A program made the position numbers and the translations under genes. DNA of 32,000 nt from Propionibacteriaceae bacterium (GTDB taxonomy: Bacteria; Actinomycetota; Actinomycetes; Propionibacteriales; Propionibacteriaceae), in assembly GCA_031256725.1 (NCBI GenBank), contig JAIRQE010000018.1:1-32000 (forward strand). The letters are read 5' to 3'. The notes beneath the pieces are model-generated. The model had not been told where the DNA came from. It saw nothing but the letters and a program-made list of their open reading frames with translations, and did no database searches. Below are positions 28,816-32,000 of this stretch, one piece after another (the first letter of the stretch is position 1; every line of letters begins with the position of its first letter).

Positions 28816-29979
28816 ATGATTATCACTGTGACAACCACTGATGTTGCCCATGGTGGAGTGTGTGTGGCCCGCCATGAAGGCATTGTTGTCTTTGTGTCAG
28901 GTGGGCTTCCCCATGAGGTTCTTGAGGTTGAAGTCACTGAGAAGAAAAAGAATCAGTGGTACGCCCGTACCATCGAAGTCAATCAGGCCTCACCGGATCG
29001 GGTTCCACATGTCTGGCCCCTAGCCCAGACCACTGGTGTTGGTGGGGCCGATCTTGGTCATGTAAGCCTTGATGCCCAGCGTCGCTGGAAGGCTACAGTC
29101 ATTGAGCACCAAATGCGGCGCATGGCTCACCTGGATCTCAGTGTGAGCGTTGAGCCTGCACCCATTGATAGCGAGAATCACGGACTAGCTTGGCGTACAC
29201 GGGTCTCAGTGAAAACCACTGACCAAGGACTCTTGGGAATGAATGCCCACAAATCCCATGAGATCATCCCTGTAGATGGGATGCCATTAACTCATGAACA
29301 GATCCAAAAAGCTCTCGCTGAAGACCTCACAAGAACCCACCCTCCAGGCAAGATCATGGGTTATGTCTATGGTTCGACCTCTGGATTAACACGGGTTGGT
29401 TCCAAGACCAGTACGGTACATGAAAGGGTTGAGACATCCTTTGGTACATGGTCCTATGAAGTTGCAGCAGACGGATTTTGGCAGGTACACCGCCAAGCTC
29501 CCCAGATACTTGTTGAAGCAGTACTTGATGCCATCGGGGAAACCCATCAACCCATCATCGACCTCTATTGTGGGGCAGGACTCTTCTCCATACCCTTGGC
29601 CGATTTTTTCCAGGTACCCGTCACTGCAGTGGAATCCTCACCACTTGCAGTCCAGTACCTCCGTCGTAATGCTCACGGTTTCGATGTCACACCAGTACGT
29701 GATGATGCCAGTACAACACTGCGAACCCATTGTGTAGGAGCGGCCGGTACCATCGTGTGCGACCCTCCACGATCCGGTGTTGGGGTACGGGGCGTACGCG
29801 AAATCCTTCGCGTGAAGCCCGAGAAAGTAGTCTATGTTGCCTGTGATCCTGCCACCCTCGCACGGGATCTGGGACTCTTCGTGGCACAGGGTTATGATCT
29901 GATCAACCTGAGAGCCTTCGATCTGTTCCCCATGACCCATCACGTCGAAGCAGTGGCCGTACTGTCGAAAACCCTATAA
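28816..29979 (+). CDS. TRAM-domain class I SAM-dependent RNA (uracil-5-)-methyltransferase, RumA/TrmA family
   Basis: N-terminal TRAM-like [34 protein letters not shown] site [16 protein letters not shown], catalytic Cys in YVACDP. Confidence 0.88.
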   Translation: MIITVTTTDVAHGGVCVARHEGIVVFVSGGLPHEVLEVEVTEKKKNQWYARTIEVNQASPDRVPHVWPLAQTTGVGGADLGHVSLDAQRRWKATVIEHQMRRMAHLDLSVSVEPAPIDSENHGLAWRTRVSVKTTDQGLLGMNAHKSHEIIPVDGMPLTHEQIQKALAEDLTRTHPPGKIMGYVYGSTSGLTRVGSKTSTVHERVETSFGTWSYEVAADGFWQVHRQAPQILVEAVLDAIGETHQPIIDLYCGAGLFSIPLADFFQVPVTAVESSPLAVQYLRRNAHGFDVTPVRDDASTTLRTHCVGAAGTIVCDPPRSGVGVRGVREILRVKPEKVVYVACDPATLARDLGLFVAQGYDLINLRAFDLFPMTHHVEAVAVLSKTL

Positions 29980-30017
29980 CCTGCCCAGTAGGATATAAGT
30001 CCCAAGGAAGGAAGCCC

Positions 30018-32000
30018 ATGACAAACGTAGACACACTGACTGTTGGAGATAAGACCTACACCTATCACAATGTTGCTGAGATAGCAGCGCGGGTGCCTTT
30101 GACTGTTGCAATTGTTGCGGAGAACCTCATCAGGAATGGGGCCGACCCAGCCCAAATTGAGGCACTGGCATCATGGTCTCCACACTCAGACCCCACCCAA
30201 GAGGTGGAGTACTCTCCAGCGCGAGTGGTCATGCAGGATTTCACGGGTGTTCCCTGTGTGGTGGATCTTGCCACCATCCGCGAGGCGGTACAAGACCTTG
30301 GAGGAGATCCCGAATTGGTGAACCCGAGGGTGCCAACAGAGCTTGTTATCGATCATTCTGTGATTGCAGATGAGTTCGGATCTTCGCTGGCTTTTGCAAA
30401 GAATGTGGATTGGGAATTCCAGCGCAACCAGGAACGATATGAGTTCCTGAAGTGGGGACAGCAGGCTTTTAGGAATTTCCGCGTGGTACCACCGGGTACT
30501 GGTATCGTCCATCAGGTCAATATCGAGCATCTGGCCCGTGTTGTCATGGTGGAGGGCGATCTGGCTTTTCCTGATACCTGTGTGGGTACAGACTCCCACA
30601 CGACAATGGTCAATGGGCTTGGTGTCCTTGGATGGGGTGTTGGTGGGATTGAAGCCGAGGCAGCAATGCTGGGGCAACCCATTTCTATGACCTTGCCTTT
30701 TGTTGTCGGCGTGGAGCTCACAGGTGATCTTCAACCAGGTGTTACCTCTACTGATCTTGTCTTGATGATTGCTGAGCGCTTGCGTCACCATGGGGTCGTT
30801 GGGAAGTTTGTGGAATTCTATGGGGACTCCGTCGAAAGGCTCTCGGTTGAGACGCGGGCAACAATCTCCAACATGAGCCCCGAATATGGGTCTACGGCTT
30901 GTTTATTTCCCATCGATTCTCGTACCATCGACTATCTTGGTCTGACTGGTCGCGATGCTCATCAACTGGAGTTGGTGGAGGCCTATGCGAAGGCCCAAGG
31001 GTTCTGGGGGGACCGTACTGTCGCTTATTCAGAAAATCTCACCATTGACCTGAGCCAAGCATGTCCTTCAATCGCAGGCCCCAAGCGTCCCCAGGATCGG
31101 ATCAACCTATCCGAATCTAAGACCTCCTTCAGAACCGCTCTCAAAGACGCTGGACATGAGACTGCCACTGTAGCGACCGATTCGGGGCAGCTCTCTAGTG
31201 GAATGGTTGCCATTGCTTCGATCACGAGTTGTACCAATACATCGAATCCTAGGGTCATGATCGCTGCTGGTCTTCTTGCCCAAAAAGCCGCCACTCGGGG
31301 CTTGAGTTCCAAGCCTTGGGTGAAGACAACCCTGGCACCAGGATCCCAGGTGGTGACCGACTACCTCAATAAAGCTGGGCTGACTCCCAGTCTGGAGGCC
31401 TTGGGTTTCTACCTCGTTGGGTACGGTTGTGTCACCTGTATCGGTAATGCAGGACCTGTCACAGGTGATGTGAAGACCGCTGTGGATCAAGGTGTCATAG
31501 CCACCGCAGTACTCTCAGGAAATCGTAACTTTGAAGGCCGAATCTCCCCAGATGTACGCATGAACTACCTGGCAAGCCCACCCTTGGTTGTTGCCTATGC
31601 TCTAGCTGGTACCATGGACATTGATTTCGACACTGAGGCTCTTGGTGTGGACACCCACGGCGTTGAGGTCTTCTTGAAAGACCTATGGCCTACAGAGGAT
31701 GAGATCACAGCCGCTGTGGATGCCGCTGTGGATGCCCAGATGTTTTCAAACAGGTATGCTGAAGTCTTCACTGGTGCGCAGCGTTGGCGTGACCTTGTCA
31801 GCCCCACAACCTCGCAGTACGACTGGTCAGAGTCCACCTATATTCGCAGGGCGCCCTATTTCGATTCAATGTCCGACCAGTTGACACCGGTCACCAATAT
31901 CGAGCAGGCCAGAATCCTGCTCATTCTGGGAGATTCGGTGACCACAGATCACATCTCCCCAGCCGGTTCCATCAAGCCAGATAGTCCCGCTGGACGTTAT
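30018..32000 (+). CDS. acn: aconitate hydratase (5' 661 codons; continues beyond window end)
   Basis: Not in the ORF track because no stop is reached. ATG 30018 is preceded by ggaaggaag. Motifs: [45 protein letters not shown]. The frame is open to position 32000. Confidence 0.95.
   Translation, partial: MTNVDTLTVGDKTYTYHNVAEIAARVPLTVAIVAENLIRNGADPAQIEALASWSPHSDPTQEVEYSPARVVMQDFTGVPCVVDLATIREAVQDLGGDPELVNPRVPTELVIDHSVIADEFGSSLAFAKNVDWEFQRNQERYEFLKWGQQAFRNFRVVPPGTGIVHQVNIEHLARVVMVEGDLAFPDTCVGTDSHTTMVNGLGVLGWGVGGIEAEAAMLGQPISMTLPFVVGVELTGDLQPGVTSTDLVLMIAERLRHHGVVGKFVEFYGDSVERLSVETRATISNMSPEYGSTACLFPIDSRTIDYLGLTGRDAHQLELVEAYAKAQGFWGDRTVAYSENLTIDLSQACPSIAGPKRPQDRINLSESKTSFRTALKDAGHETATVATDSGQLSSGMVAIASITSCTNTSNPRVMIAAGLLAQKAATRGLSSKPWVKTTLAPGSQVVTDYLNKAGLTPSLEALGFYLVGYGCVTCIGNAGPVTGDVKTAVDQGVIATAVLSGNRNFEGRISPDVRMNYLASPPLVVAYALAGTMDIDFDTEALGVDTHGVEVFLKDLWPTEDEITAAVDAAVDAQMFSNRYAEVFTGAQRWRDLVSPTTSQYDWSESTYIRRAPYFDSMSDQLTPVTNIEQARILLILGDSVTTDHISPAGSIKPDSPAGRY

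Overview
This is a moderate-GC actinobacterial chromosome segment, almost entirely coding, with about 31 CDS. The phylum call rests on Actinobacteria-restricted families: SepH/DUF3071, DUF4193, DUF4235, DUF3710, DUF2505 and the Rv3235 family. The window is a mosaic of conserved housekeeping neighbourhoods. (a) A dedicated biotin ECF transporter, in the order T component, bioY, ATPase. (b) tlyA-nadK-recN-pyrG-NUDIX-xerD, the same order I recall for M. tuberculosis Rv1694-Rv1701, with pncA inserted on the opposite strand. (c) secA, an Rv3235-family gene and a DUF2505 gene. (d) A tight three-gene operon of alpha/beta hydrolase, membrane-anchored MurF-type ligase and a long Ddl. (e) A ParC-like topoisomerase subunit and a divergent App1-like/alkaline-phosphatase-family pair. 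(f) sepH, DUF4193, DUF4235, dut and DUF3710, then two tandem paralogous P/Q-rich membrane proteins, a TRAM RNA methyltransferase, and the 5' two-thirds of aconitase, which runs off the window end. I found no rRNA, tRNA, CRISPR array, transposase, phage gene or recognisable defence gene. No clear novel multi-gene system stands out. The items most worth a second look are: (1) the MurF-type ligase whose N-terminal substrate-binding domain is replaced by a multi-helix membrane anchor, co-operonic with a Ddl that looks atypical for the phylum and a hydrolase; (2) a nested-palindrome intergenic repeat present twice, in opposite orientations; (3) a 128-nt three-stem structured element in a convergent gap; (4) tandem paralogs whose promoter and first ~115 nt are nearly identical while the rest has diverged; (5) an untracked 55-codon leaderless ORF overlapping the tlyA start. 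All coordinates, alignments and pairings were derived by hand and none were checked against a database.
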